Assembly (NCBI RefSeq): GCF_009914755.1 | Contig: NC_060925.1 | Direction: 5' to 3' (one strand) | DNA length: 64,000 bases | Source of the DNA: the human T2T-CHM13v2.0 reference genome, Homo sapiens | Shown here: piece by piece, positions 63,979 to 64,000 of the stretch | Position numbering within the stretch: position 1 is the stretch's first letter | Layout: each line of letters opens with the position of its first letter | Notes under the pieces: model-generated | The model's database searches: none | Told to the model about the DNA's origin: nothing | Seen by the model: only the letters and a program-made list of their open reading frames with translations | Program-made: the position numbers and the translations under genes

Positions 63979-64000
63979 TAGGTGAGGTCAGAAAACATAC

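Overview
Hominoid (human or great-ape) non-coding DNA with no credible protein-coding gene. The left ~31.7 kb is AT-rich and Alu-poor, with old L1, L2, MIR and MaLR/ERVL LTRs plus one or two candidate lncRNA exons. The right ~32 kb is Alu-dense and holds two diverged tandem copies of a unit (period ~22.5 kb, ~85-88% identity by eye). Each unit has a minus-strand variant U1 snRNA gene with PSE/DSE promoter and remnants of a class I ERV provirus (MER84/87-like LTRs, tRNA-Ser primer site). Between the units lie a tRNA-Asn(GTT) pseudogene, a second tRNA-Asn remnant and a CpG-island promoter. This architecture fits the chromosome 1 variant-U1/tRNA-Asn segmental-duplication clusters; the exact locus and species cannot be fixed without a search. 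Strongest observations: (1) vU1 copy 1 has a retargeted 5' end and paired compensatory changes that build a perfect 10-bp non-canonical helix; (2) vU1 copy 2 is split by a solo LTR between the Sm site and stem-loop 4, and only the promoter-proximal half is hypermutated, with strand bias; (3) several unusual insertion events (different Alus at one paralogous site, a ~77-bp apparent TSD, an inverted templated env fragment). All alignments were done by hand; reference U1, tRNA and repeat-consensus sequences are from memory.
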